From a virus (Duplodnaviria; Caudoviricetes): 29,974 nucleotides of DNA. The DNA lies in the IMG/VR virus record IMGVR_UViG_3300021412_000006, positions 1 through 29,974 of that record. One strand, written 5' to 3'. Positions within the stretch are counted from its first letter, which is position 1; every line of letters begins with the position of its first letter. Shown in pieces: positions 15,673-25,025 of the stretch. A program made the translations under genes and the position numbers. The notes beneath the pieces are model-generated. The model saw nothing but the letters and a program-made list of their open reading frames with translations, was not told the origin of the DNA and did no database searches.

Positions 15673-18081
15673 CTAAACAATCGCGGGGAAGAACGGCGCA
15701 TTAGGCGAGTTAGCCTTCCCTAAATCATACTCATTCAGGTATACTTGTACTTCTCGAATTTGTGCAACCTGCGGGCCACCTAAGAACATATCTCCACCAG
15801 GGTTACTTGATCCTGGCTGTGAGATTACTGCGTCAGGAGCAGTACCACCAGTAAGGTTATTAGTTCTAGTTAGTTGTGAAGGTAGAGTAGCAGTCAAAGC
15901 AATTCCACCGGCCAATGTAGTTCCCTGCACTGTTACCCAGATTGAACCACCTGTAGCAGCCTGTAGAGCCGCAAGAACCTGAGCAGGTGTAGCGTTTCTC
16001 TGAATTGCCGCTGTAGTGTTACCGTTGAAGGTAAGTGTAAATGTACCACCTGTTGGATTACCAGTGATTTGTAGGAATTGCCGGTTCCAACATTCAGGTG
16101 TTGGACGACCACCATAAGTAGTCTTACGGCATACAATCCTAAGTCCATCTGCCTCAATAGCAGGATCAAATCTTGTTGGGAATTGAGTCTGGAAATCATA
16201 CCAGTTATCTACGTAGCAACCGCCAGCATCATTAGTAGAAGTCCAAAGTACCTGATTAGTTGCAGGATTGAAAGTCCATGTGGCAATTGTTTGCCATACG
16301 CCAGGAGTAAATACACCGAGAGCCTGAACATCAAAGTCTGTCATAGTGGAAATAGCATTAGTCGGATAAGGACACGTTGGTACAACTTTATTGAATCGTG
16401 TCTTTTTAGCCCAATTAAGTTGCCAAGTGACTGACCCGCTAGTTGCTACCCAATCATCCCAATAAGTGTCACGGGGGAAAGGCTGAGGCCCTAACGCATC
16501 TAGAATTGTGTCACCAGCCTTATAGGCTGTAGACGAATTCTGAGTAGCCGTGATAGTTGCGTAAGTACCTTTAACAGTCTCAACACCATAATTAACAGCA
16601 ACAGGTGTAATAGTTACGCCAGAAGGGGCTCGATAGTACGTAGGAAGTCCAATGACTTGATCAGTGAATGTACCACCAGATACATTCAAAGTAGTAAGAT
16701 TACCCCAGCAATCACTCTTAGTAATAGTAGTAGCGCCAGTTACTGCAAAAGTAATTAATCCAGCATGTCCTCCACCAGACTGAACAATAACTCTAGAAGT
16801 TCCATCAGCACCCGTAAAACGAGAACCAATGTATAGATCATTTTCAGAGCCAAAATCAAGTTTAGTTGAAAAGTTTCGACCCCATAGTTCTTCAGCCCAG
16901 ACTCGCATAAGTGGGCCAAGTGGTGTAACTTGTCCTGGACTATATTCACGCATAACCCAAAATGACGGGAAACCCCAGAATCCATGAGAGTTATCGTAGA
17001 ACAGAGAAGTATTTTCTTTTGGAATTAGGTACTGCTCATGTACATGAAGGTCTAGCATAACTAGTCTAGCCTGAACATGAGGCATAAATGCACCAGATGC
17101 TACAGCATATGTAGAACCAAACTCAGTATTCCAACGAGGCTTACTACCTTGACCATTAGCATTAAGAACTGCTACCCAACGATCGAAAATAGCCCTGTTA
17201 GCAGAAAGATTGCCACCAGGATTATCATAATTATGGAAAGAAATTCCATCCAAGTTCGCGCCGACAAGAGGGAGGATACTATTAATCCAGTTTAGACTTG
17301 GGCCACCTGAATCAATAGCATCGCCACAAATACTAAGAGTGCCTGGTCCAATAACTTTAGCATTTGCATGGGCAGCATGAACTACAGCCGCAAAAGCATT
17401 CTGCTGTGTAGCATAGGTAGCAACACTCAGACCAACATTAGGTTCATTCATTCCTTCAAAGAAGACTTGCCCTCCTGCTGCGGCAACAGCCTGCTGTACA
17501 ACAGAAGTTAAATTAGCAGATTGTCCTGCATAACCATTAGGATGGGCGACCATCGGTTTAAAAGGTCGAGCAGAGTCAGTAGTTCTATTGCTTAACTCAT
17601 ACGTAATACTGCTTGCCATATTAGCGGCTGTAGGACTAAGAGTTGTTAAATCATCAATCTTGTGTCGGCCAGGACCAAGACCAAAGAATCCGCGAGCAGG
17701 GTAGTGCTGGCCAAAGTCGTTAGTTTCTACTGTGTAAGCAATTGCTGGATTGCTGGGTCGTGCAAGAAGCGGAGAAGAAGACCTAACAACGCAGAAACAA
17801 AGTTCTCCACCAGAGAAGAACCAAGGAACACCGAAATCAGCCGCTCGAATAAGGTACATTTTGTACCAACCGAGTGGAAGTGCAGGAAGTGTAACAATCC
17901 TACTGCCAGGTATAGCATTATTAGCGACTACAATATTACCATTGTAATCACGAACTTCGTAAAATGCAGCAGCAGTTCCTGAGATTGTAAATGTTAATGC
18001 TTCACCAGGAAAAAAGGCATTAAGAAATTTACCACTATCGGCAGCCGAGTGGTTTCCGGAAATACCAGCGGGATCAGTCAT
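15673..18081 (-). CDS. Virion-associated glycoside hydrolase, clan GH-A (GH5/GH39-like TIM barrel) with C-terminal beta-sandwich
   Basis: Acid/base motif FEGMNEPN, strand-6 DGISFHNY, nucleophile WNTEFG; GGTFTLTFNGNTTAAI module near the C-terminus. Confidence 0.8.
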   Translation of the reverse strand: MTDPAGISGNHSAADSGKFLNAFFPGEALTFTISGTAAAFYEVRDYNGNIVVANNAIPGSRIVTLPALPLGWYKMYLIRAADFGVPWFFSGGELCFCVVRSSSPLLARPSNPAIAYTVETNDFGQHYPARGFFGLGPGRHKIDDLTTLSPTAANMASSITYELSNRTTDSARPFKPMVAHPNGYAGQSANLTSVVQQAVAAAGGQVFFEGMNEPNVGLSVATYATQQNAFAAVVHAAHANAKVIGPGTLSICGDAIDSGGPSLNWINSILPLVGANLDGISFHNYDNPGGNLSANRAIFDRWVAVLNANGQGSKPRWNTEFGSTYAVASGAFMPHVQARLVMLDLHVHEQYLIPKENTSLFYDNSHGFWGFPSFWVMREYSPGQVTPLGPLMRVWAEELWGRNFSTKLDFGSENDLYIGSRFTGADGTSRVIVQSGGGHAGLITFAVTGATTITKSDCWGNLTTLNVSGGTFTDQVIGLPTYYRAPSGVTITPVAVNYGVETVKGTYATITATQNSSTAYKAGDTILDALGPQPFPRDTYWDDWVATSGSVTWQLNWAKKTRFNKVVPTCPYPTNAISTMTDFDVQALGVFTPGVWQTIATWTFNPATNQVLWTSTNDAGGCYVDNWYDFQTQFPTRFDPAIEADGLRIVCRKTTYGGRPTPECWNRQFLQITGNPTGGTFTLTFNGNTTAAIQRNATPAQVLAALQAATGGSIWVTVQGTTLAGGIALTATLPSQLTRTNNLTGGTAPDAVISQPGSSNPGGDMFLGGPQVAQIREVQVYLNEYDLGKANSPNAPFFPAIV

Positions 18082-19031
18082 TATGCGAAAGTAAAGTAGA
18101 TACCAACAGTGCCGTCTCCACCTACAGCAGGTGAAGGTGTACCAGGGTACGCACCGCTAATTCCATCCTGGTAGTAATACTCAGCCATCTGACTTGGGTT
18201 ACCACCTTGGAACATAATTCCTGTGTCAATTGAAGTAAGACCTGCTAGTGCAACCTGGCACACAAATGAACACCAGTAATAGCCTTCTGGAAGTGGACCA
18301 ACAGAAGCAACATAATCCTTCATACCAGTGGTAGTTGAAGAAATGGCTCCTGATTCAAAAACTTTTTGAGTCCAGTCTGGAAAACCAGTAAGAGGATTAC
18401 TTTTCCACATAGCAAAACGAATTACGCCACCAGCAGTAGCAGCATTCGCTACATTCATACTGAACTTGCTAAAGTTCATAGGCGCTCGGTCTTGCCGAGC
18501 CAGGTAGATAGGACAGAACAAAGCACGGTTAACCTGGAATGGTGTAGCAGCACCACCAGGTTTACCCATCAAAACCTGAGAACCTGTTTGAATACCAATT
18601 GCAAATAACTTAGCAGGATCGAGTGGGTGAACATGGTCACCACGAGAAGCAGTAAGAGCCGTTCCAGCAGTTCCAGAAGCAGTAGGCTTTTGAGGGGTAA
18701 GAGTTTCTAGAGCAGCAGCGTTAACAAGTTTAAGGAATGTAGCCTCTAAATAAGACCATTTGGCTAGTTTAGAAGTTGGCGTAGTGGTAAGAGAGATACC
18801 ACCGTCACCTGTATCTGTAGCGACAATTCCACCGCCTGCTACGGTAGAAATACTTGTAGCAAGAGGCTTCCCAACCTCTTTACGAATATTCGTATCCAGA
18901 CCACTAATAGTCTTAGAAAGCCTGTATCGTTCTTTTAGATCGTCCAACGAGTATGTAAGATCATCAACAGCCCAACCAAGTAGGTTGAGATAAAATTGAC
19001 GTTCAACGATAGCAGGGTCTGGTGCTGGCAT
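18081..19031 (-). CDS. Fibre-like virion protein
   Basis: GTAGTALTASRGDHVHP fibre motif; first gene after the capsid terminator; AGGAG RBS. Confidence 0.72.
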   Translation of the reverse strand: MPAPDPAIVERQFYLNLLGWAVDDLTYSLDDLKERYRLSKTISGLDTNIRKEVGKPLATSISTVAGGGIVATDTGDGGISLTTTPTSKLAKWSYLEATFLKLVNAAALETLTPQKPTASGTAGTALTASRGDHVHPLDPAKLFAIGIQTGSQVLMGKPGGAATPFQVNRALFCPIYLARQDRAPMNFSKFSMNVANAATAGGVIRFAMWKSNPLTGFPDWTQKVFESGAISSTTTGMKDYVASVGPLPEGYYWCSFVCQVALAGLTSIDTGIMFQGGNPSQMAEYYYQDGISGAYPGTPSPAVGGDGTVGIYFTFA

Positions 19032-19048
19032 TTCTTCTCCTAGATACC

Positions 19049-19087
19049 AAAAGGTGGACCGGGCCTAAATGACCCGGCCCACCTTTT
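19049..19087 (-). terminator. Intrinsic terminator after the major capsid gene (potentially bidirectional)
   Basis: AAAAGGTGGGCCGGG-tcatttagg-CCCGGTCCACCTTTT on the minus strand. Confidence 0.88.
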
Positions 19088-19100
19088 AAGGCTAGTTGGC

Positions 19101-20306
19101 TTAGCCCTCAGTGATATCCTTGATAACACCCTGGGAGTTACGACGGTGACAACCAAGTTCTGAATACTGGTAGAGGAATGCCTCATAAGCATCAAACCCA
19201 ATAACCCGCTGCCACATGTTGCCGTCCATATCCGCGAAGGACCAATCTTCCTCACGGAAGAGAGTAAACTCATCCTCGTTTAGGAAGTAGAGAGTGTTCG
19301 GGGGAGCGTCAACATCAGTGAAGAACGGAATATCACCGTTGTCAGTAGTGAACGAAAGACCAGTGAAACCACCACCAAAGTCCTTTGTCCCCGTGTACAT
19401 ACGCTGCTGAGAAAGCAGGTTGAAGTATGCACGACGAACACCAAGGTTGGCGTAAATAGCAGTGGTCTTTCCACCGTTAGTATAAACGCGGTCTGCCATA
19501 AGGATCATAAGACCCTCAGAAAGAGCACGGTTAGTACCAGCGTTAGAATCGACCTCAGCCTTCCAGGTACCTTCAACAGTTGGGTCAATGTTATAAAGTG
19601 TACCGGTGTTGTTTACGATCTTAGCAAGGCCGGTCCACTCACGGTTTACGTTACCAGTACGAACGACAATGTCACCGTTGACAACTGCCTGAGTCGCACC
19701 ATCAAATGTAAACTGGTTTGTGGCGACGTTAATTGCGGTAATCTGTCGGTTAGAAGCCTTAACAGTAGGGTTAGGGTTACCGAGAGTAGTACCGTCAATA
19801 ATATCAATCTGCTCGCCAAGTTGCAGATACTGCGAGTTAAGTACTGTCTGCGTGTTAGAAGCCGCAGCAGTAACTAGAACACCGACAGCACCTGAACCAT
19901 CACCATAAACCTGACGGTTCTGATCCTTAACAAGGTCAGTCTTAATACCATTAACCTCTCGGTCAAGGGCAGAAGCAAAAGCCTGAGCATTTGTGTCCAC
20001 AAGTTTAATTGTGGGACCAGAAAGGTTAATACGACCGTAGAGGTACTTAAGACCAACACGAGCCGAGGTGTAACCCTGCTGACCAGCCGCAGGAAGTGCT
20101 TCAAGTTCGTTACGAGCACCAATACCCGAGTTGCGCCGAGTCTGAATTGGGAAGGTCACATATCGACCACCAACATTAGATTCGACACCATCCGAGGACT
20201 TCTGAATCCTCTTTAGAGTCTTGGCCTCATCGTTTAGTTGTTTCCGGACACGCGGCTCGTAAATTTCCTTACAGATAGCCGCGACAGTGGCTAGGGTTGC
20301 ACCCAT
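19101..20306 (-). CDS. Major capsid protein (HK97 fold)
   Basis: 401 aa after the scaffold, AAGGAG RBS, followed by a terminator. Contains YGDGSG, an inserted I-domain-like segment, TGL..IV, and C-terminal YSELGCHRRNSQGVIKDI. Confidence 0.88.
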   Translation of the reverse strand: MGATLATVAAICKEIYEPRVRKQLNDEAKTLKRIQKSSDGVESNVGGRYVTFPIQTRRNSGIGARNELEALPAAGQQGYTSARVGLKYLYGRINLSGPTIKLVDTNAQAFASALDREVNGIKTDLVKDQNRQVYGDGSGAVGVLVTAAASNTQTVLNSQYLQLGEQIDIIDGTTLGNPNPTVKASNRQITAINVATNQFTFDGATQAVVNGDIVVRTGNVNREWTGLAKIVNNTGTLYNIDPTVEGTWKAEVDSNAGTNRALSEGLMILMADRVYTNGGKTTAIYANLGVRRAYFNLLSQQRMYTGTKDFGGGFTGLSFTTDNGDIPFFTDVDAPPNTLYFLNEDEFTLFREEDWSFADMDGNMWQRVIGFDAYEAFLYQYSELGCHRRNSQGVIKDITEG

Positions 20307-20309
20307 CGC

Positions 20310-21167
20310 TTACTCCTTGTTTGCGTTTGCGATCCAACTCTTTACGAGCCCGATAGTGTCTTTGTTATTGAGGGCCGTGACGTCAACAGCCTGTGACGGC
20401 GAACCTCCACCGGGAGTCATTACCGGAGGGAAATTAGAACCAGGAGCGGGCTGACGTTGCTGCACGTCCTGTTTCCAAGCCAGGACTGCCTGTTCCAAAG
20501 GCGTTCCATTAGCAGCAAGAGCAAAAACGATCTGCTTATTAAACTGACCGTGCCTACCCTCTAGTTCAGCAACTTCCTGATCTAGTGCTGCTTCGACTTC
20601 TTGCTGCTGCTTCGCCTGAATTTCACCAGCAAGATACTGTGCGACAGTATCAACCTGCTGCTTCATCTGGACGAAACGGGGATCTTTTTCAATGTCAATA
20701 ACATTACTATCTTGACCTTGCGAAAGATCAAAGTTGGCAGGAGTTTCCTGTTGGCCCTGAACTACTTGCTGAGCGGCCGCTTCTGCTTGTGCCGGAGTAA
20801 GGCCCCATTCTTCACCAAATGTTTGAACCATCTGGTCATAGACCGCACGAGGATTGTTATTAAGAAGTTGTAGTACCTGTAGACTCTGGCCGATTTGGTC
20901 CGGAGTAATACCCTGGTCTACAAAATCCTTGTACGGAGCATATTTAGTTTGTACCTCTTGAAAATTCTTGTCCCACTTTTCAAACACTGGCGTCATCATC
21001 GGATGCAGCGCTTTAGGAGTTTTATCGAGAATTTCTCCCCAAGCCGGGTTTCCCCGTACTACTTCAGCAGGATCAACCTGTTGAGGCTGATTTTCTGTTG
21101 CCTGATCTGTAACTTGCTGCGCGGCTGCTGACTCTGCAACCCCTTCGACACCAGTAGTGTCACTCAT
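20310..21167 (-). CDS. Capsid scaffolding protein
   Basis: Acidic, Q/E-rich helical protein directly upstream of the MCP, with a P/G-rich linker and short C-terminal helix. Confidence 0.8.
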   Translation of the reverse strand: MSDTTGVEGVAESAAAQQVTDQATENQPQQVDPAEVVRGNPAWGEILDKTPKALHPMMTPVFEKWDKNFQEVQTKYAPYKDFVDQGITPDQIGQSLQVLQLLNNNPRAVYDQMVQTFGEEWGLTPAQAEAAAQQVVQGQQETPANFDLSQGQDSNVIDIEKDPRFVQMKQQVDTVAQYLAGEIQAKQQQEVEAALDQEVAELEGRHGQFNKQIVFALAANGTPLEQAVLAWKQDVQQRQPAPGSNFPPVMTPGGGSPSQAVDVTALNNKDTIGLVKSWIANANKE

Positions 21168-21216
21168 TTTATTCTCCTGTGGTGGCTGTACCGGATGGCC
21201 CTAGCCTATGATGTGC

Positions 21217-21254
21217 ATTGTAATACCGGGTAGTCCTAGGACTACAAGTGTTTA
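21217..21254 (-). promoter_or_regulatory. Putative late promoter for scaffold-capsid
   Basis: TAAACACTTGTA-N20-TACAAT; a perfect 16-bp palindrome GTAGTCCTAGGACTAC (21230-21245) overlaps the spacer. Confidence 0.6.
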
Positions 21255-21500
21255 CTTAATGCCAGCCGAGTCTGCCGAAGCAATACGGAGAGCATAAATT
21301 AGGTCGTTCTTGGTCATATTATTGAGACGAGCAGTGGTATAAGAACCAGCCGCAAGTGCAGTAAGACGTGCCTTAAGCAGAGAAACTGACTGCATATTAG
21401 CAGCCTCTGCAACTACATCTGCACCCGTACCACCACGACCACGACGCTTGTCAACGAATACTGGGCTGGCGTTAAACCCACCCAGAGTTAGGTCAGCCAT
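21252..21500 (-). CDS. Small hypothetical (probable head) protein
   Basis: AGGAGG RBS; TAATG coupling to the portal; 82 aa. Confidence 0.75.
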   Translation of the reverse strand: MADLTLGGFNASPVFVDKRRGRGGTGADVVAEAANMQSVSLLKARLTALAAGSYTTARLNNMTKNDLIYALRIASADSAGIK

Positions 21501-23785
21501 TATTGTCCTCCTTGTTGTGACGGATCACCAGGGGGACCAAACTGATTACTACCCTGTGGTCCTACTGGTGTGCCAGAACCATTATGGGCTCCCCCGAGTG
21601 GGTTGTCCATAGGATTCGGGCCAGGCATCATAGCCATAGCATTCATACTGGCTTGATTAAGAGCCATTGCGTGTGCTTGTACGTGTGCCTCAAATTGTGC
21701 TTTAACTTGATCTGGCAGAATTTCAAACTGCTGACCCTTACGATACCTGTTGTGTACTTCAATATGTACTTGGTGATTATCCCAGGTATTGACAGCCACC
21801 ATATTTGGCGGAATCTGCAACGGCATTTGCGTCTGTGCATCCTGACCAAAACCAAGGTCCATTTGCATTTCAGGCGGTGCATCTGTCGGTTGCGTCATCT
21901 GCTCCAAACCCTGAACTGCTGTCATAGCATCGTTCGGGTCTGCTACATCTTGTGGTAATCCAGGCAAAGTCTGAGCAACTTGTGATTGCTCCATTTGTGG
22001 CGCCATCTGCTGCGCCATTTGATCCGATAGTTCCTGCGCTGTAGCAACTTGCTGCATATGCATTTGGATGGCATTAATTTCAAGTGCTGCCATACGCAGG
22101 TTTTCTCTGCCTGCCGCCCTTTCATCGGCCTTGAGTTCGTCGTAAAGTTTCTCGACGCCTCCCATTTCCATCATTTCCAGACCCTTATCTGGGTCTAGGA
22201 AGCCCAACTTCATCATATCAAGAAGGAATGCCTGCTTAGCCGCCTTAGAAATAGGCAAAGCAGAACCGGCTTCCATCCGAATATCTGTACCTGTACCAAT
22301 TTCAGAACCCTTGAGCGTAATAGCGTCAAAGAATCCATTAGTACCTGTAGTTTTAACAACACGCGGCACGTCCCAGAATTGAACTACGTGAGAGAGAGTA
22401 TGCTTAGCAATCTTCTCATAGCCCATTTCAATGCTCTGATATGTCGTACTCATAGCGGTATCGTCACGCTCTTGGAGATACGAAATAGCAGTAGCCGCTG
22501 TAACACCTGAAGGAGTTTGACCCTTAGAGACCTCATGCTGAGAAGAAATATCTTCCATATCAGCCTTAGCGCGCTCTAGTTCCTGTAGCACATAACTAGG
22601 GAGCGGCTGTAGAGGTAGAGGGCTCGGCGGATTCATACCTGGACGATATTCAATAATTAGACCAGGCTCAGTCGTAATCTTTTTCGCGTCAATAGAACCC
22701 TTCTCAGCCATAAGTTGTGGCCGAGCCATGCGGTTCTTAGACTCAATAATCTGCGAAGAGGTACGGTTATAGTCACGTTGAGGCTGAATCAAGTCGTTGA
22801 TTACTGAGTCAGAGTAAAACTCTCCTGTCGGAATGTGTGAGAACCGAGTAAATGGGTATTCCTCGTGAGCATAAAGCATGCTGTCAGCCCACATACCGAC
22901 AAGAGTGTCACCCGCTACAGTACACATTCCACCCTGAGGAAATAGTTTATGGGCGTTAGGCTTAAACCACATTTCCTTGACAAGCACAGAATCAGGTTTG
23001 GCCTGATTATCCTTCACTGAGTGGAAAAATGAATCCCCGAGCAATTCATTTGCCGACACAGTGTCCGCTGCAAGATCAATTCCATACGTAGACTTAATCC
23101 ATTCAACAGATTTAGTGTACGCATTGAGAACCCACGGCTGATCCTCAATTTCTTCTTCCATCAAATCGGGCACAAAAAGATGGAACGGGGTAACCGCTCC
23201 AAGAGCGATATCACCTTGGTAGGTCACATCGCCACATTTTTCAGTGACGTTTGGGTCCCACCAATCCTTGATAAAGGACGTTCCACAAATTGTCAGCCAG
23301 AACATGCTACGAGTGAAAATCTTGTGCATGTTCTTAGTAGAGTATAAAGACTCCCATACTTGCTCACCAGCCTGTGCAGCATAAAGATCCTTGTCCTCGT
23401 TTGAGGAAGGAACAATACTTGCATTAGGCTTATTAGATGTGAGTTTAGAAAGTTCTGTACGAATGATAGGCTTGATCAAGTTACGTACAGAACGAACGCG
23501 ATATGGGGGAGCAGGAGGCGTAATAAGCCTCCCACCACCCATGTTGTAGCCAATATTCTGGTTAGTATAAGCAAGATACTGCTTGCCTTTGTACATGGCG
23601 TAGTTTAGTCGCCATTGACGCTCGTAAGGCTCACGAGCACTTTTCATCTTGGTATATTGTTCATTTACCCAAGATACAAGGTTAGATGCATCCTTGCTCT
23701 TTTTAAGTTTTTCAATCGTGGCTGCATCAAACGTAGCGTCAGCCGACGTAGGTGTGGCCGGAGCCATCATCGGCTGTGAACTCAT
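21500..23785 (-). CDS. Portal protein (P22-like podovirus class)
   Basis: 761 aa between TerL and scaffold; YPF..F, LIQPQRDYNR..SQ, SGVTAATAI..LQE and DNHQVHIEVH motifs; Q/M/P-rich tail. Confidence 0.88.
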   Translation of the reverse strand: MSSQPMMAPATPTSADATFDAATIEKLKKSKDASNLVSWVNEQYTKMKSAREPYERQWRLNYAMYKGKQYLAYTNQNIGYNMGGGRLITPPAPPYRVRSVRNLIKPIIRTELSKLTSNKPNASIVPSSNEDKDLYAAQAGEQVWESLYSTKNMHKIFTRSMFWLTICGTSFIKDWWDPNVTEKCGDVTYQGDIALGAVTPFHLFVPDLMEEEIEDQPWVLNAYTKSVEWIKSTYGIDLAADTVSANELLGDSFFHSVKDNQAKPDSVLVKEMWFKPNAHKLFPQGGMCTVAGDTLVGMWADSMLYAHEEYPFTRFSHIPTGEFYSDSVINDLIQPQRDYNRTSSQIIESKNRMARPQLMAEKGSIDAKKITTEPGLIIEYRPGMNPPSPLPLQPLPSYVLQELERAKADMEDISSQHEVSKGQTPSGVTAATAISYLQERDDTAMSTTYQSIEMGYEKIAKHTLSHVVQFWDVPRVVKTTGTNGFFDAITLKGSEIGTGTDIRMEAGSALPISKAAKQAFLLDMMKLGFLDPDKGLEMMEMGGVEKLYDELKADERAAGRENLRMAALEINAIQMHMQQVATAQELSDQMAQQMAPQMEQSQVAQTLPGLPQDVADPNDAMTAVQGLEQMTQPTDAPPEMQMDLGFGQDAQTQMPLQIPPNMVAVNTWDNHQVHIEVHNRYRKGQQFEILPDQVKAQFEAHVQAHAMALNQASMNAMAMMPGPNPMDNPLGGAHNGSGTPVGPQGSNQFGPPGDPSQQGGQ

Positions 23786-24128
23786 CTAGGTCATCCTTAG
23801 TAAATCCGTGGGATTCAGCGTATCTAACTGTCTCACCATAATCCGATACATCTACAATCGGAGAAGAATCTGTTTGATCACTCAAGTCTACTGAGCGCAT
23901 CTGCTGATACGCTAGAGGATCGCCCGCTGCTAGAAGAGTCGCTGCTTGAGAATTCTCCGCCGAATGTGTTGCCAGCATCGTCGAAATCAAAGAGAGCCAG
24001 TTGTCCCGAATTTTCTCCTGCTCCTGACGACTCTTCTCCATTACTTTCCACAGGAAGATGAAGAGAGCCACCATGAGCAAAATCTGAGAGACCATCCACA
24101 GCGGAAACCAGTAGTCGGTGCTGCTCAT
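23739..24128 (-). CDS. Single-TM membrane protein
   Basis: N-terminal hydrophobic helix followed by a charged stretch; AAAGGT RBS; overlaps both neighbours. Confidence 0.6.
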   Translation of the reverse strand: MSSTDYWFPLWMVSQILLMVALFIFLWKVMEKSRQEQEKIRDNWLSLISTMLATHSAENSQAATLLAAGDPLAYQQMRSVDLSDQTDSSPIVDVSDYGETVRYAESHGFTKDDLDEFTADDGSGHTYVG

Positions 24129-24414
24129 CAGTAATTACCTTTAATTTATGGGCATCCAGGTAAGCCCAGACAATTTGATCCGTCTCCCTCTGATTATCTT
24201 GAAGACGTGCTTCTGGCACCATCCCAATACGAGAAGCAGCCTCCGTTAGGCAGTCTTTACATAGATACAGCGTGCCAAAGAATCGGATATCGAGACCGAA
24301 ATCTACAACTTCTCGATTAACGGCACCACAGCATCCACAACTACCTGGAAGATTGGCCGGACCTGGGAGTACCTTAAAACGGCCATTAACTTCAGAGGGA
24401 GACGGATCAGTCAT
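23878..24414 (-). CDS. Hypothetical zinc-binding protein
   Basis: CGCC...LCKDC motif; AGGA RBS; C-terminal part overprinted on the next gene. Confidence 0.7.
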   Translation of the reverse strand: MTDPSPSEVNGRFKVLPGPANLPGSCGCCGAVNREVVDFGLDIRFFGTLYLCKDCLTEAASRIGMVPEARLQDNQRETDQIVWAYLDAHKLKVITDEQHRLLVSAVDGLSDFAHGGSLHLPVESNGEESSGAGENSGQLALFDFDDAGNTFGGEFSSSDSSSSGRSSSVSADALSRLE

Positions 24415-24422
24415 TGAATTTC

Positions 24423-24980
24423 CTACTTATTAGACTTGGACTTAGCGGCTGTCTTTTCAGCCGTAGTTGCACGCTTCCGTGTACGTGTCCGAGCCTTAGT
24501 TGTGTTGGTATTAACCTTATCCGCAGTATTACCTACTACTGCATCTGCGGCAGCCTTACCCTCATTTTCCTTAGGCCCACCTTCAGCGTGAGGGCCAGTA
24601 GGCTTTGCAGCCGGGTTAAGATCAGTCACACCAAATACGGGACCTGAGACGTCATCCTCGACAATCTGCTCACGCTCGGAGAAAGGCTGAAGAAGATTCT
24701 TGTCAGAATCTACAGCACCAGCAAACGTAACATCATCATCGGTGAAGTTGCGGCTTTCCTGAGAAGCAATACCAGCAACACCAACAGTAAGAGCCTGCTG
24801 TCCAGCAGTATTAAGAGGAATACCAGCAAATGCCGGAGGATTATCTAGATCGGGCTCGCGGCCTTCAACTTCAGCGCGACGCTCTTCGGCAAGTTTTGCT
24901 TGCTCTAGGTCCATATACGGACCACCATCGCGCCCTGCAAGCCGATCATTCGGATTAAACAGGGGAACAGTATCAGTCAT
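24423..24980 (-). CDS. Hypothetical protein, acidic body with K/R/T-rich tail
   Basis: AGGAG RBS; own putative promoter; 185 aa. Confidence 0.78.
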   Translation of the reverse strand: MTDTVPLFNPNDRLAGRDGGPYMDLEQAKLAEERRAEVEGREPDLDNPPAFAGIPLNTAGQQALTVGVAGIASQESRNFTDDDVTFAGAVDSDKNLLQPFSEREQIVEDDVSGPVFGVTDLNPAAKPTGPHAEGGPKENEGKAAADAVVGNTADKVNTNTTKARTRTRKRATTAEKTAAKSKSNK

Positions 24981-25025
24981 TATTTACTCCTAATGAGGAC
25001 TTACCCACAAGCGCGGGGTAGCCAT

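Noticed and set aside
19040-19273. Alternate-frame ORF running past the capsid stop (possible T7 10B-like frameshift)
   Set aside because: No slippery heptamer noticed near the stop; the extension would be short and runs through the terminator.
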